34,814 bases of DNA from contig MFNK01000003.1 of NCBI GenBank assembly GCA_001782045.1, positions 167,905 to 202,718 of the forward strand, given 5' to 3'. Under the pieces are notes generated by a model. The model worked only from the letters and a program-made list of their open reading frames with translations, made no database searches and was not told where the DNA came from. How positions within the stretch are numbered: the stretch's first letter is position 1; each line of letters opens with the position of its first letter. Below are positions 16,662 to 27,900 of the stretch, piece after piece. This stretch comes from Candidatus Levybacteria bacterium RIFCSPHIGHO2_01_FULL_36_15b. Lineage in GTDB: Bacteria > Patescibacteriota > Microgenomatia > Levybacterales > UBA12049. Position numbers and translations under genes: made by a program.

Positions 16662-18431
16662 ATGTCTAACCTTGAGATTTCAAAACTTTTAAAAAATATT
16701 GCCACTGCATACACAATAAAGAACGAAAAAAAATATAGGTTTCAAATAATAGCCTATCAAAAGGCTTCAGAGTCGATTGCAAATTTAAACGGAGAAGTAT
16801 CTGACTATTTTAAAGAAGGATCACTGGAACTTTTACCGGGCATAGGACCTTCTATTCGTTCTCATTTAGAAGAACTATTCGAAAAAGGAGAAGTAAAGCG
16901 TTTTAATTGGGTACTAAAAGGGATCCCGAAGTCTGTTTTTGTATTAACGGATATACCAACTTTTGGTCCTAAGAAAGCCTTTAGGCTTGTTATGGAATTT
17001 AAATTGGAAAACGAAAATACAGCAATTAATGACCTATCGACAATTGCCAAGCAAGGAAAAATTTCACATCTTGAGGGCTTTGGCGAAAAAAGCGAAAAAG
17101 ATATTCTACTCTCAATTGAGGAATTCAAAGCAGGAAAAGGGAAAACAACGCGCATGATTCTTCCATATGCATTCGAAACCGCAGAAAAGGTAAAAAATTA
17201 CTTGCAAAAAGAAAGTGCTGTAAAACAAGTAGAGGCATTGGGCAGCTTAAGAAGAAGGGTCTCTACTGTTGGAGATATTGATTTTGCGGTTGCTACGGAT
17301 AATCCCAGTAAGGTTATTGAACACTTTATTAATTATCCTTTTAAGGAAAGAGTAATAGAAAAAGGAGAGGTATCGGCATCAATTTTGATTTCTGGTGGTA
17401 AACAAATTGATCTTTTAGTTCAACCCGTAGAAGCCTTTGGTTCATTACTTCAGCACTTTACGGGAAGCAAAAATCATAATGTTCATTTAAGAGAATACGC
17501 ATTAAGCAAGGGACTTTCTCTTTCAGAATATGGTATAAAAAATACTAAAACTAAAAATAAAGTTTTAAAAAAATATTCAAGCGAAAAGGATTTCTATGAA
17601 GCTCTTGGAATGAAATGGATTCCGCCAGAACTTAGAGAAGATAATGGAGAAATAGAGCTTTCAATTGGCAGCAAGCTTCCAAAAATTGTTGAACTTAGTG
17701 ATATTAAGGGAGATTTTCATATTCATTCCAGCTTTCCAATTGAACCAAGTCATGATTCCGGGTTAAATTCTATGGAGGAAATGCTTAAAAAAGCGACTTT
17801 ACTAGGGTATGAATATTTAGGATTTTCAGAGCATAATCCAAGTTTGAATAACCATACAAGTTCACAAATCTACGAAATATTAAAAAAAAGAGATAAAAAA
17901 ATTGAACAACTTAAATCTAACAAGAAAAATGTTCGGATATTCAAATTACTCGAAGTTGATATTTTACCAAACGGAGATCTTGCATTAGACGATAAATCCC
18001 TAGAGCTTTTAGATGCTGCTATTGTTTCAATTCATAGCATATTTAATATGAATAGAGACGAAATGACTAGAAGAGTATTAAAAGGACTTTCAAGCAAAAA
18101 AGCAAAAATACTAGCGCATCCTACGGGTAGGCTTTTAAATAACAGAAACGGTTACGATTTAGATTTTGAAATAATATTTAATTATTGTAAAGAAAATAAT
18201 AAAGCTCTTGAGATAAATAGCTGGCCACAAAGATTGGATTTACCGGATACACTCGTAAAACGAGCTGTTGAAAAAGGCATAAAACTTGTTATAAATAGCG
18301 ACAGTCATGCTGCAAATCAAATGGAATTGCTAAAATATGGAGTCTTCGTTGCGAGAAGAGGTTGGGCAACGCCGAATGACATTCTTAATACAATGACGTA
18401 TAATAATGTAGCTAATTGGTTTAATTCTTAA
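16662..18431 (+). CDS. polX: DNA polymerase X / PHP 3'-5' exonuclease
   Basis: HhH LPGIG and GFGEKS, GSLRR...GDID, LQHFTGSKNHN, IPPELRE; PHP motifs DFHIHS, SEH, LAHPTGR, LEIN, NSDSH. Confidence 0.95.
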   Translation: MSNLEISKLLKNIATAYTIKNEKKYRFQIIAYQKASESIANLNGEVSDYFKEGSLELLPGIGPSIRSHLEELFEKGEVKRFNWVLKGIPKSVFVLTDIPTFGPKKAFRLVMEFKLENENTAINDLSTIAKQGKISHLEGFGEKSEKDILLSIEEFKAGKGKTTRMILPYAFETAEKVKNYLQKESAVKQVEALGSLRRRVSTVGDIDFAVATDNPSKVIEHFINYPFKERVIEKGEVSASILISGGKQIDLLVQPVEAFGSLLQHFTGSKNHNVHLREYALSKGLSLSEYGIKNTKTKNKVLKKYSSEKDFYEALGMKWIPPELREDNGEIELSIGSKLPKIVELSDIKGDFHIHSSFPIEPSHDSGLNSMEEMLKKATLLGYEYLGFSEHNPSLNNHTSSQIYEILKKRDKKIEQLKSNKKNVRIFKLLEVDILPNGDLALDDKSLELLDAAIVSIHSIFNMNRDEMTRRVLKGLSSKKAKILAHPTGRLLNNRNGYDLDFEIIFNYCKENNKALEINSWPQRLDLPDTLVKRAVEKGIKLVINSDSHAANQMELLKYGVFVARRGWATPNDILNTMTYNNVANWFNS

Positions 18432-18440
18432 GGAGGTGAG
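18429..18440 (+). promoter_or_regulatory. Strong Shine-Dalgarno for lemA (TAAGGAGGTGAG)
   Basis: Full complement of the canonical anti-SD, just upstream of ATG 18444. Confidence 0.8.
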
Positions 18441-18443
18441 ATT

Positions 18444-18989
18444 ATGAATATTTGGATAATAATTGCCCTTATCGCAGTAGCAGCTTTCATTTGGTTTTTG
18501 TACAACAGTATAATTGTTGCAAAACTAAGAATTTCAGAGGCTCTTTCTCAAATTGACGTTCAACTTAAACGAAGAACAGACTTAATACCCAATCTTGTTG
18601 AAACAGTAAAGGGGTATGCAAAACACGAAAAAGATTTATTTGAGAAAGTTACAAAAGAAAGAGCAAGCTTGGTTTCAGCAAAGAGCCCAGCACAAAAAGC
18701 CGAAGCAAATAATATGCTGTCGGAAACTCTTAAATCGATATTCGCTGTTGCAGAGGCTTACCCTGACTTAAAAGCTAGCCAAAATTTCTTAGAACTTCAA
18801 GAAGAAATTTCAGATACGGAAAATAAAATTGCTTATGCAAGACAGTTCTATAATTCAAACGTTTTGGACTATAATACAAAATTGAAAGTGTTTCCTAACG
18901 TTTTTATAGCTGGACTTTTTAACTTTAAAGAGGCTGAGTTTTTTGCGGCTTCAGATGAAGAAAAAAAAGAAGTTAAAGTTAAATTTTAA
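18444..18989 (+). CDS. lemA: LemA family protein
   Basis: N-terminal [47 protein letters not shown]. Confidence 0.95.
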   Translation: MNIWIIIALIAVAAFIWFLYNSIIVAKLRISEALSQIDVQLKRRTDLIPNLVETVKGYAKHEKDLFEKVTKERASLVSAKSPAQKAEANNMLSETLKSIFAVAEAYPDLKASQNFLELQEEISDTENKIAYARQFYNSNVLDYNTKLKVFPNVFIAGLFNFKEAEFFAASDEEKKEVKVKF

Positions 18990-18991
18990 CG

Positions 18992-19879
18992 ATGAATATC
19001 TATTCTGCTATTTCTTCCAATAAATACAAGACTTGGATAATAATGGTATTGTTTGTGCTTATAATCACAACTTTAGTATACGTTTTTTCTAAGGCGATGG
19101 GTTTTAGCAGTTTGGGTTTAGCAGGATTTGCTCTTATTATCGCAGGCTTTACAAGTATTGGGAGCTACTACTTTTCTGACAAATTAGTCCTTGCAACTAC
19201 CGGTGCAAAGCAAATCAGAAAACAAGACTATCCTGAGTATTTCAGAATAGTAGAGAATCTCTGCATCGGCGCAGGACTTCCTGCTCCAAAAATATACGTA
19301 ATTAATGACCCATCACCAAATGCATTTGCAACCGGCCGAGATCCAAAGCACGCTGTAGTATGCGCAACGACTGGTTTACTTTCTATTATGAGTGAATCCG
19401 AGCTTGAAGGAGTTATTGCCCATGAATTGTCCCACATTAAAAATTACGACATAAGACTTATGGGAGTTGTTGCAGTACTTGTTGGATTTGTTGCAATTTT
19501 ATCTGATATTTTTATACGGATGACTTTCTACTCGGATGACAGAGATAGCAAGGGTAATCAAATTTTTTTAATTTTAGCCATATTTTTTGCAATTATATCT
19601 CCTATTGCTGCTACTTTAATTCAGCTTGCAATTTCAAGAAAAAGAGAATTTCTTGCAGACGCTTCGGGAGTACTTTTAACAAGATATCCCGAAGGGCTTG
19701 CTTCGGCGTTAGAAAAACTTGCAAGAGATCATACGGCACCCAAAACTGCAAGTAATGCTACTGCTCATTTATTTATAGAAAATCCGTTTGATAATAAAAA
19801 GGTCAAAAACTTTTTTACGAGTCTATTTAATACTCACCCTCCGCTTGAAGAAAGAATAAAAATCCTGCGATCAATGTAA
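18992..19879 (+). CDS. htpX: M48 family zinc metalloprotease HtpX
   Basis: PNAFATGR, ELEGVIAHELSH, SRKREFLADA, THPPLEERI; lemA-htpX synteny. Confidence 0.93.
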   Translation: MNIYSAISSNKYKTWIIMVLFVLIITTLVYVFSKAMGFSSLGLAGFALIIAGFTSIGSYYFSDKLVLATTGAKQIRKQDYPEYFRIVENLCIGAGLPAPKIYVINDPSPNAFATGRDPKHAVVCATTGLLSIMSESELEGVIAHELSHIKNYDIRLMGVVAVLVGFVAILSDIFIRMTFYSDDRDSKGNQIFLILAIFFAIISPIAATLIQLAISRKREFLADASGVLLTRYPEGLASALEKLARDHTAPKTASNATAHLFIENPFDNKKVKNFFTSLFNTHPPLEERIKILRSM

Positions 19880-19884
19880 TCTAA

Positions 19885-21171
19885 ATGAGATTAGTCAACG
19901 TTTTTTTAATTGTATTTGGAAAATTTTTTATATTTTTAAGCAAGTTTACAAACTTAGGTTCCGGCTCTACTTGGCCTGGGCATATTGCACTGAAAATAAA
20001 CCCCAATTTTAATAAACAACTACTTAAAAGTACAAATGCAGTAAAGATTGTAATAGCAGGCACAAACGGAAAGACCACTACAGGAAGCCTTATTAATAGA
20101 GTTTTAATATCAAATAAAAAAACAGTTGCGCATAATCAGGCAGGCGCAAACCTTTTAAATGGGCTTGCATCATCCTTAATTCATAATTCAAATACATTAG
20201 GATTAATTAAAAAAAACTACATAATTTTTGAAAGCGACGAATTTGCGCTGCCACAAATACTTGAAAATATTAACCCCGATTACCTAATTTGTCTAAATTT
20301 ATTTAGGGATCAACTAGATAGATATGGAGAGCTAGATGAAATTGCAAAAAAATGGAAAGAAACAATTAAGAAACTTAGTAAAAACACTACGCTAATACTT
20401 AATGCTGATGACCCGTTAGTTTCATATTTGGGAGACGGTAGAAAAAATACCTTATATTTTGGGCTAAGCGAAAAAGAAAATTTAAAAAGAATTAAACATG
20501 GAGCAGATTCATTACGATGTCCAAAATGCTCATACATGCTTACTTTTAACAAGGTTTACTTTTCTCATTTAGGAGATTGGCATTGTGAAAAGTGTGGCTT
20601 AAAAAGACCAAAACTGTCAATTTCAAATTTTAAGTATTATCCGCTTCCCGGAATATACAATAGATACAACATCCTAGCTGCTTCGCTGCTTCTATTAAAA
20701 GAGAGGTATAACGAGAGGCAAATTATAAACGGATTAAAATTGTTTACCCCTGTTTTTGGAAGACAGGAAAAAATAAGATATAAAAATCACGACATAATTA
20801 TTTTCCTTTCAAAAAATCCCACCAGCTTTAATGAATCACTGTCAACAATTAAGGATTTAAACGAAAAAAATCTAATGTTTGTAATTAATGATAGAATTCC
20901 GGACGGATTAGATGTTTCCTGGATATGGGATATAGGGATAGAGCGGATAATAGACAAAAGCTATAACATATCCGTATCTGGAGATAGGTGTTATGACATG
21001 GGAATAAGACTAAAATACGCAGAATTGTTTACGCATATCGAGCAAGATCTTAAAACCGCAATAGATAAAATGATTTCGGGACTTGAAAAAGACGAAAAGC
21101 TATATATTCTTCCTAACTATTCCGCGATGCTTGATATTCGGAAAATTCTTTTAGGAAGAAAGCTCTTATGA
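19885..21171 (+). CDS. murT: Lipid II isoglutaminyl synthase, Mur-ligase subunit (DUF1727)
   Basis: GTNGKTTT, GANL, NLFRDQLDRYGE, NADDP, CPKC/CEKC zinc finger, KNP, DG.DVSWIWD, NYSAML. Confidence 0.9.
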   Translation: MRLVNVFLIVFGKFFIFLSKFTNLGSGSTWPGHIALKINPNFNKQLLKSTNAVKIVIAGTNGKTTTGSLINRVLISNKKTVAHNQAGANLLNGLASSLIHNSNTLGLIKKNYIIFESDEFALPQILENINPDYLICLNLFRDQLDRYGELDEIAKKWKETIKKLSKNTTLILNADDPLVSYLGDGRKNTLYFGLSEKENLKRIKHGADSLRCPKCSYMLTFNKVYFSHLGDWHCEKCGLKRPKLSISNFKYYPLPGIYNRYNILAASLLLLKERYNERQIINGLKLFTPVFGRQEKIRYKNHDIIIFLSKNPTSFNESLSTIKDLNEKNLMFVINDRIPDGLDVSWIWDIGIERIIDKSYNISVSGDRCYDMGIRLKYAELFTHIEQDLKTAIDKMISGLEKDEKLYILPNYSAMLDIRKILLGRKLL

Positions 21172-21923
21172 AATACTCTTTAACTATTGGCTGGCTATAT
21201 CCTGAACTCATGAACATATATGGAGATATAGGCAATATTACAACTTTGATAAAAAGATGTGAGTGGAGAAATATTAATTCAGAGGTAAAAATGCTAAACC
21301 CCGGATTTAAATCTGAAGAACTTGTTAATTGTAATTTATTAATTATGGGTGGGGCTCAAGATAAGCAACAAACAGTAGTTAATAAAGATCTAAAAAGGGT
21401 AAAGAAAGAACTGTGCCAAATGATTGAAAAGGGAATTCCTGGACTTTATGTATGCGGAGGATTTCAATTTTTAGGAAAGTACTACAAGGAAGCAGACGGT
21501 ACTATTATAGATGGGCTTGGGGTGCTTGATTTATATACTGAAAATTCCGGCGAAAACATTGATAGGCTTATTGGGAATATGGTATTCATGCCTGAAGTTA
21601 AAGAATTAAATAAACCTATTGTTGGTTTTGAAAACCATGGTGGAAGAACTTATTTGGGAAGGAAAATTAAGCCGTTTGGAAAAGTTATTAAAGGGTTCGG
21701 GAATAATGGAAAAGACTTAACAGAAGGAGCTATTTACAAAGAAACTTTTGGAACATATTCGCATGGACCTATTTTGCCTAAAAACCCGGAATTTGCCGAT
21801 TATTTAATAACAAAGGCTTTAGAAAAAAAATATAATTCAAGAATTACCTTAAAATCCCTGGATGGTTCCTTGGAGGATAATGCAAGACTAGTAATTGCTA
21901 AAAGCCTTGACATTGAAATATAA
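21168..21923 (+). CDS. gatD: Lipid II isoglutaminyl synthase, glutaminase subunit (CobQ-like GATase)
   Basis: LYPELMNIYGD.GN, GGAQD, VCGGFQ, GFENHGG, TYSHGPILPKNP; overlaps murT. Confidence 0.9.
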   Translation: MKYSLTIGWLYPELMNIYGDIGNITTLIKRCEWRNINSEVKMLNPGFKSEELVNCNLLIMGGAQDKQQTVVNKDLKRVKKELCQMIEKGIPGLYVCGGFQFLGKYYKEADGTIIDGLGVLDLYTENSGENIDRLIGNMVFMPEVKELNKPIVGFENHGGRTYLGRKIKPFGKVIKGFGNNGKDLTEGAIYKETFGTYSHGPILPKNPEFADYLITKALEKKYNSRITLKSLDGSLEDNARLVIAKSLDIEI

Positions 21924-21924
21924 T
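21895..21924 (+). promoter_or_regulatory. Sigma70 promoter for gatC, leaderless-type
   Basis: TTGCTA(21895-900)-18 nt-TATAAT(21919-24)-7 nt-ATG(21932). Confidence 0.5.
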
Positions 21925-21931
21925 AATTTTG

Positions 21932-22216
21932 ATGAAATTCGATGTTTCCCACATTGCCAAACTGGCAAATCTTACTTTAAATCCCTCAGAAAAAAATAAG
22001 TTGGAAAAGGAATTAGAAGAAACTCTTAAGTTTATTAATAACTTAAACGAAATTGATACCACGGGAATTGAGCCTACTTCTCAAGTAACTGGATTGGAAA
22101 ACATAACAAGAGAAGACGAGGCAATTCCTTCTTTTCCGCAAGATGATGCACTTAAAAATGCGAAATTAACACACAACGGATTTTTTAAAGTTAAAGCAAT
22201 TTTGAATAATGAATAA
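21932..22216 (+). CDS. gatC: Asp/Glu-tRNA amidotransferase subunit C
   Basis: VSHIAKLANL, L.EIDT, N.TRED, FFKV; directly upstream of gatA. Confidence 0.92.
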   Translation: MKFDVSHIAKLANLTLNPSEKNKLEKELEETLKFINNLNEIDTTGIEPTSQVTGLENITREDEAIPSFPQDDALKNAKLTHNGFFKVKAILNNE

Positions 22217-23630
22217 GCTAAATGAGCATACTATTAAACAAGCGAGGGAAGGTTTAAGAAGGAAAGATTTTAGTTCTGTTGAATTAACCAAAGCCTGTCT
22301 TGAGCAAATTAATAAAGCTGAGCCTAGTATAAATGCCTTTGTCACAATCTGCAAAAAAGAAGCGCTAGTGCAAGCAAAAGAAGCGGACAAATTAATTTCT
22401 AGTAACCAAGATTTACCTCTGTTGGGGATTCCTATTGCAGTAAAAGATAATTTGTCTACTCTGGGAATAAGAACAACTGCATCAAGTAAGGTTTTAGACG
22501 ATTATATCCCACCTTATGATGCAACTGTAATAAAAAAATTAAAAGACGCAGGCGCTGTGCTACTTGGAAAAACTAACATGGATGCTTGGGCTCATGGCTC
22601 CTCAACGGAAACTTCAGATTATGGAACAACTAAAAACCCATGGAATACCAATCACTTACCCGGAGGTTCATCCGGCGGATCTGCTGCGGCCGTAGCAGCA
22701 GACGAGGCTATTGCGGCAATTGGAACCGAAACTGCAGGCTCTATTAGACAACCTGCTTCGTGGTGTGGAGTTGTAGGCCTTAAGCCAACATATGGAAGAG
22801 TTTCGCGCTACGGAGTTATTGCAATGGCATCGTCACTAGATTCTCCTGGCCCTATTACTAAAACTGTTGAAGATTCTGCTTCCCTGTTACAGGTTTTGGC
22901 TGGAAAAGATGAATATGATGCCACTACTTCCCCACTACCGATAGGGGACTATACACTACCCATAGAGAGCAAATTAAATAATTTAAAAATTGGAATTTCA
23001 GACGAATATTTTATCGAAGGAATAGATGTAGAAGTTAAACGAGAAGTTCTGGATTCAATTAAGAAGTTTGAAGAAATGGGTGCAAAAATAGAAAAAATTA
23101 AACTTTTTGACCCGCGTTACGCAATAGATGTATATACAATAATCCAGCGTTCTGAAGTAAGCTCTAATCTAGCTCGATATGATGGTATTCGTTATGGCTC
23201 TGAAAGAGAAAAATTTGGAGATGAAGCAAAAAGAAGAATTATATTAGGAACATATGCATTATCTTCCGGATATTATGATCAATATTATAATAAAGCCTCC
23301 AAAGTCAGGTCTGTAATTATTGAGGATTTTAAGAAGGCTTTTGAAAAAATAGACGTAATACTTACTCCTACTTCCCCATCGCTTCCCCTTCCGATCGGAG
23401 CAACTAATAAATCTATAATGTTTGGAGAAATTGCTGATGTATTAGTTGAACCATCTTCAATTGCAGGATTGCCTGGAATAAGTATTCCCATTGGGTTTGC
23501 AAAAAAACTTCCAATTGGTATGCAGATAATTGGCCCACAGTTTGCTGAAGAACTAATTTTACAAGTTGCTGGAACATACGAGAAAAAGACTGAAAAGGAA
23601 GAATGGAGAAAAATAAAACCTAATTTATGA
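22209..23630 (+). CDS. gatA: Asp/Glu-tRNA amidotransferase subunit A
   Basis: IAVKDN, GKTNMD, GGSSGGSAAAV, GSIRQPA, KPTYGRVSRYG, SSNLARYDG. Confidence 0.96.
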   Translation: MNKLNEHTIKQAREGLRRKDFSSVELTKACLEQINKAEPSINAFVTICKKEALVQAKEADKLISSNQDLPLLGIPIAVKDNLSTLGIRTTASSKVLDDYIPPYDATVIKKLKDAGAVLLGKTNMDAWAHGSSTETSDYGTTKNPWNTNHLPGGSSGGSAAAVAADEAIAAIGTETAGSIRQPASWCGVVGLKPTYGRVSRYGVIAMASSLDSPGPITKTVEDSASLLQVLAGKDEYDATTSPLPIGDYTLPIESKLNNLKIGISDEYFIEGIDVEVKREVLDSIKKFEEMGAKIEKIKLFDPRYAIDVYTIIQRSEVSSNLARYDGIRYGSEREKFGDEAKRRIILGTYALSSGYYDQYYNKASKVRSVIIEDFKKAFEKIDVILTPTSPSLPLPIGATNKSIMFGEIADVLVEPSSIAGLPGISIPIGFAKKLPIGMQIIGPQFAEELILQVAGTYEKKTEKEEWRKIKPNL

Positions 23631-24949
23631 AATACACGCCAGTTATTGGATTAGAAGTACACGTAGAACTAAAAACAAATTCAAAAATGTTTTGCAGATG
23701 TTCCGCAGATTACTTTGGTAAAAAACCAAACACTCACACTTGTCCCGTTTGCCTAGGGCTTCCCGGAGCACTTCCCTACCCGAATAAAAAAGCAATTGAA
23801 TGGTGCTTAATGATTGGCCTTGCACTGAATTGCGAGATTTCTTTATTTTCTAAATTTGATAGAAAAAATTACTTTTATCCAGACCTTCCTAAGGGATATC
23901 AGATTTCTCAATACGATGAGCCTTTTTGTAAAAACGGCTTTATTGATCTTTCAAATAAGAAAAGAGTTGGGATTCGAAGAGTTCACATGGAGGAAGATAC
24001 GGGAAAGTTAATTCACGAGGGAAACTCTACTTTAATTGATTTTAATCGTTCAGGAGTTCCCCTTGTGGAAATTGTAACTGACCCAGATTTTGAAAGTGCA
24101 GGTGAAGTTGTTGAATATTTAAAAAAAATACAGCAAATTGTTAGAACACTAGGCGTTTCAAATGCTGATTTAGAACGTGGAGACATGAGAATGGAGCCTA
24201 ATATATCACTGAAAAACGAAGGGCAAAAAGAATTACCAAAGTACAGAATAGAGGTTAAGAATATAAATTCCTTTAAATTAGTAGATAAAGCAATTGAGGC
24301 AGAGATTGATAGGCAAACACAAAATCCAGGACAAAGATTTCAAGCAACGATGAGATATGATGAAAAAACAAATACTACGGTAACAATGCGCTTGAAGGAA
24401 GAAGCCGCAGATTACAGGTATTTTCCCGAACCAGATATTCCCCCATTCCATTGGCAACAGGCTTACATTGAAAAACTAAAAAAGGATGCCAAAGTCATGA
24501 TGGATAAACCCTCTGAAGAAGAAGAAAGAACTCAGGAGTTACTTATCAAATTTTCACCCATCTCACCAGTAAGCGCAGCTACCATAGCAAGAGATCCCAA
24601 GTTTTATAGCTCATATGGTGGAACGGCTTCAATAGGAAAAGATGAGTTTGGAACACCATATCAAGGAACTGCAAATGCCATAATAAATCAAAAAGTACCC
24701 TTGGTAGGCATTTCTGACGAAGAAAGAGCCAAAATAATTGCAGATTTAAATAGGGTCTCTGATGTAGACGAAGACGAGTTAAATAAAACAATAGACGAGG
24801 TTTTAAAAGAAAATAAAAGTGCAGTTGAGGACTACAAAAAAGGTAAGGAAAACGCTATAATGTTTCTAGTGGGACAGGTGATGCGTATGTTTCCACAAAA
24901 AATAGACGTATCAAAAGTTAAGGCGAGTTTACTCGCGAAAATTAAGTAA
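23627..24949 (+). CDS. gatB: Asp/Glu-tRNA amidotransferase subunit B
   Basis: IGLEVHVEL, FDRKNYFYPDLPKGYQISQ, HMEEDTGK, EVKNINS, DYRYFPEPD, C-terminal Yqey-like FLVGQVMR. Confidence 0.95.
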   Translation: MKYTPVIGLEVHVELKTNSKMFCRCSADYFGKKPNTHTCPVCLGLPGALPYPNKKAIEWCLMIGLALNCEISLFSKFDRKNYFYPDLPKGYQISQYDEPFCKNGFIDLSNKKRVGIRRVHMEEDTGKLIHEGNSTLIDFNRSGVPLVEIVTDPDFESAGEVVEYLKKIQQIVRTLGVSNADLERGDMRMEPNISLKNEGQKELPKYRIEVKNINSFKLVDKAIEAEIDRQTQNPGQRFQATMRYDEKTNTTVTMRLKEEAADYRYFPEPDIPPFHWQQAYIEKLKKDAKVMMDKPSEEEERTQELLIKFSPISPVSAATIARDPKFYSSYGGTASIGKDEFGTPYQGTANAIINQKVPLVGISDEERAKIIADLNRVSDVDEDELNKTIDEVLKENKSAVEDYKKGKENAIMFLVGQVMRMFPQKIDVSKVKASLLAKIK

Positions 24950-24950
24950 A

Positions 24951-27900
24951 ATGGCAGATTTCGTACATCTTCACAACCACAGCGAATATTCACTGCTTGA
25001 TGGTCTTTCTAAAATCGAAGAGATGGTAAGACGTGTTAAAGAACTAGGAATGAAAGCTATCGCCATCACAGATCATGGAAATATGTACGGAACAATAACT
25101 TTTTATAAAACTTGCATGGCGGAAGGAATTAAACCAATTATAGGTGCGGAAATCTATGTCGCCAAGAGATCTAGAACAGATAAAGAAGCTGGAATAGATT
25201 CGGATTCTAATCACTTAATTCTTCTTGCTAAAGATTTAACAGGCTATAAGAATCTAATGAAAATAATATCTATCGCAAGCCTAGAGGGTTACTATTATAG
25301 ACCGAGAACTGATATGGACTTGCTAAAGCAATATTCCGAAGGACTAATTTGCTTAAGCGCTTGTCTTAACGGATTTGTATCAGAACCTTTAATGAAAAAT
25401 GAAGTAAAAATTGCAAGAGAAAGGGCTATTAAATTATCTGAAATTTTTGGAAAAGATAATTTTTACTTAGAGCTACAAAAACACCCAAATATAAAAGACC
25501 AAGATGTATTGAATGCTAAATTAATTGAGCTCTCTCAAAGCTTAGGTATTCCATTAGTAGCCACAAATGATAATCATTATGTAAATGCTGACGATGCCCC
25601 AGCCCAAGAAGCTCTACTTTGTATACAAACCCAAACAACTCTAGATACGAAAGGTAGAAAACTATCCATGATTGACTCTCCCGATTTTTATATAAAATCT
25701 TCAGAAGAAATGACAGGACTTTTTATTCAAACTCCTGAAGCGCTGGAAAATACGGTAAAAATTGCAGAAATGTGTAGTTTAGAAATACCTATGGATAAAT
25801 GGATTCTTCCTAATTTTGAGGTGCCTGGTGGGAAAGCCCCAAGTGAATTTATTGTAGAAAAGGTTAACGAGGGGCTTTTAAAAAGATATAAAAAGGTTAC
25901 CAAGGAAATGAAAGAAAGAGCGGATTATGAATTATCTGTTATTCTAAAAAAAGGATACGAAACCTATATTCTTATAGTCGCAGATTTTGTCAATTGGGCA
26001 AAGGGGCAAGGAATAACTGTTGGACCCGGTAGGGGCTCTAACGCAGGTTCTATTGTTTCTTACGCTTTGGAAATATCAGACATTGACCCATTATTTTTCA
26101 AATTACCCTTTGAGAGGTTTTTAAATCCCATGAGGCCTTCACCGCCTGACATAGATCTAGACTTTGCAGATAATAGAAGAGACGAAGTTATAGAATATGT
26201 TAGACAAAAATATGGAAGGGACAAGGTAGCACAAATTATAACCTTCGGAACTATGGAAGCAAGGGGTTCTGTAAGGGATATTGGAAGAGTAATGGGATAT
26301 CCATATTCGATTCCAGACAGAATATCAAAAATGATTCCACCCGGCTGGCAAGGTCACGCAATGACAATAGATAAAGCCTTAGAACAAAGCCCTGAGCTTT
26401 CTATTGCATATAACATGGAGGAGGATACAAAAAAAATACTGACTCTTGCTAGAAAAGTAGAAGGAGTCGCAAGACACGCCTCGGTTCATGCAGCAGGAGT
26501 GGTTATAGCAGATAAAGATATAACTGAATATAGTCCATTACAACGTGAAACAAATGGAGAAAAAATAATTACACAGTATGATATGTACTCCATTGGCGCA
26601 GATTATAACGGCGTAGGGCTTCTAAAAATGGACTTTTTGGGTCTTAGAAATTTAACAATCATTCAAGAAGCTCTTTTGTTTATTAGTGTCAACAAAAAAA
26701 TAAACGTTGATTTTTCAAAAATATCTTTTGAAGATAAAAAAACATATGACTTACTTTCATCGGGAGAAACAACCGGCATTTTCCAGCTTGAGTCTGCTGG
26801 CATGAGAAGATATGTAAAAGAGCTTAAACCGACTACAATTTTTGATCTTCAGGCTATGGTAGCACTATATAGACCTGGACCCATGGCCAACATTCCAGAG
26901 TTTATAAAAAGAAAGAACAACCCTAAATTAATTACGTATCCTGATCCTAGATTAAAAGACATACTAAAAGAATCATATGGAATTATCACATTTCAAGACG
27001 ATCTGCTTCTTACTGCAATTAGCGTAGCCGGGTACTCATGGCTTGAAGCGGATAAGCTTCGAAAAGCAGTAGGTAAAAAAATTCCTGCTGAAATGAAAAA
27101 AGAACATGATAATTTTGTTTCAGGATGTATTAAAAACGGAATGGAGAAAAACAAGGCAGAGTCTTTATGGAAGCTATTTGAACCATTTGCGGGATACGGT
27201 TTTGGGAAAGCTCATGCTGCGTGCTATGCAACAATTGCATTCAGAACTGCTTATTTAAAAGCGAATTACCCTGTAGAATTTATGACCGCACTATTAACTG
27301 CAGAATCAAGGGGAACAACCGGTCCTGTTAAGAATGAAAAAATTGCACAAGCTATAGCGGAATGCAAAAGACTTGGGGTAGAGGTAAAACCGCCCGACAT
27401 AAATTTTTCTGAATCAGATTTTTCAATTGAGAATGAAAATAAAATTAGATTCGGTCTTTCAGCAATAAAAAACGTCGGGGATGCGGCTATTAAAGAAATA
27501 TTGGAACAAAGAAATAAAGCTCACTTTACAAGCTTTGAAGATTTTTGTAAAAGAATTGATCTTTCAACGGTCAATAAAAAAACTATCGAGAGCTTAATTA
27601 AAGCAGGGTCCATGGATAAGTTTGGAAACAGAGCTAAACTTTTAATGATATATCCTGAATTAGTTGAAAAAGCAAACAAGAAAAAAAGAGATACTCATGG
27701 AGGGCAAACAAGTCTTTTCGGCGACGAAACAGAAAACGAGAGACAATCTTCTTCACCATCATCGGATGAAATTGCGGATTTTTCTTCAAATGAAAAACTT
27801 GCGTTTGAGAAAGAATTTTTGGGTTTTTACCTTACCGCTCATCCACAAATGGAAAATTTAATAAAAATAAAGTCTGAAATAACTCATGAAATAAACTTGC

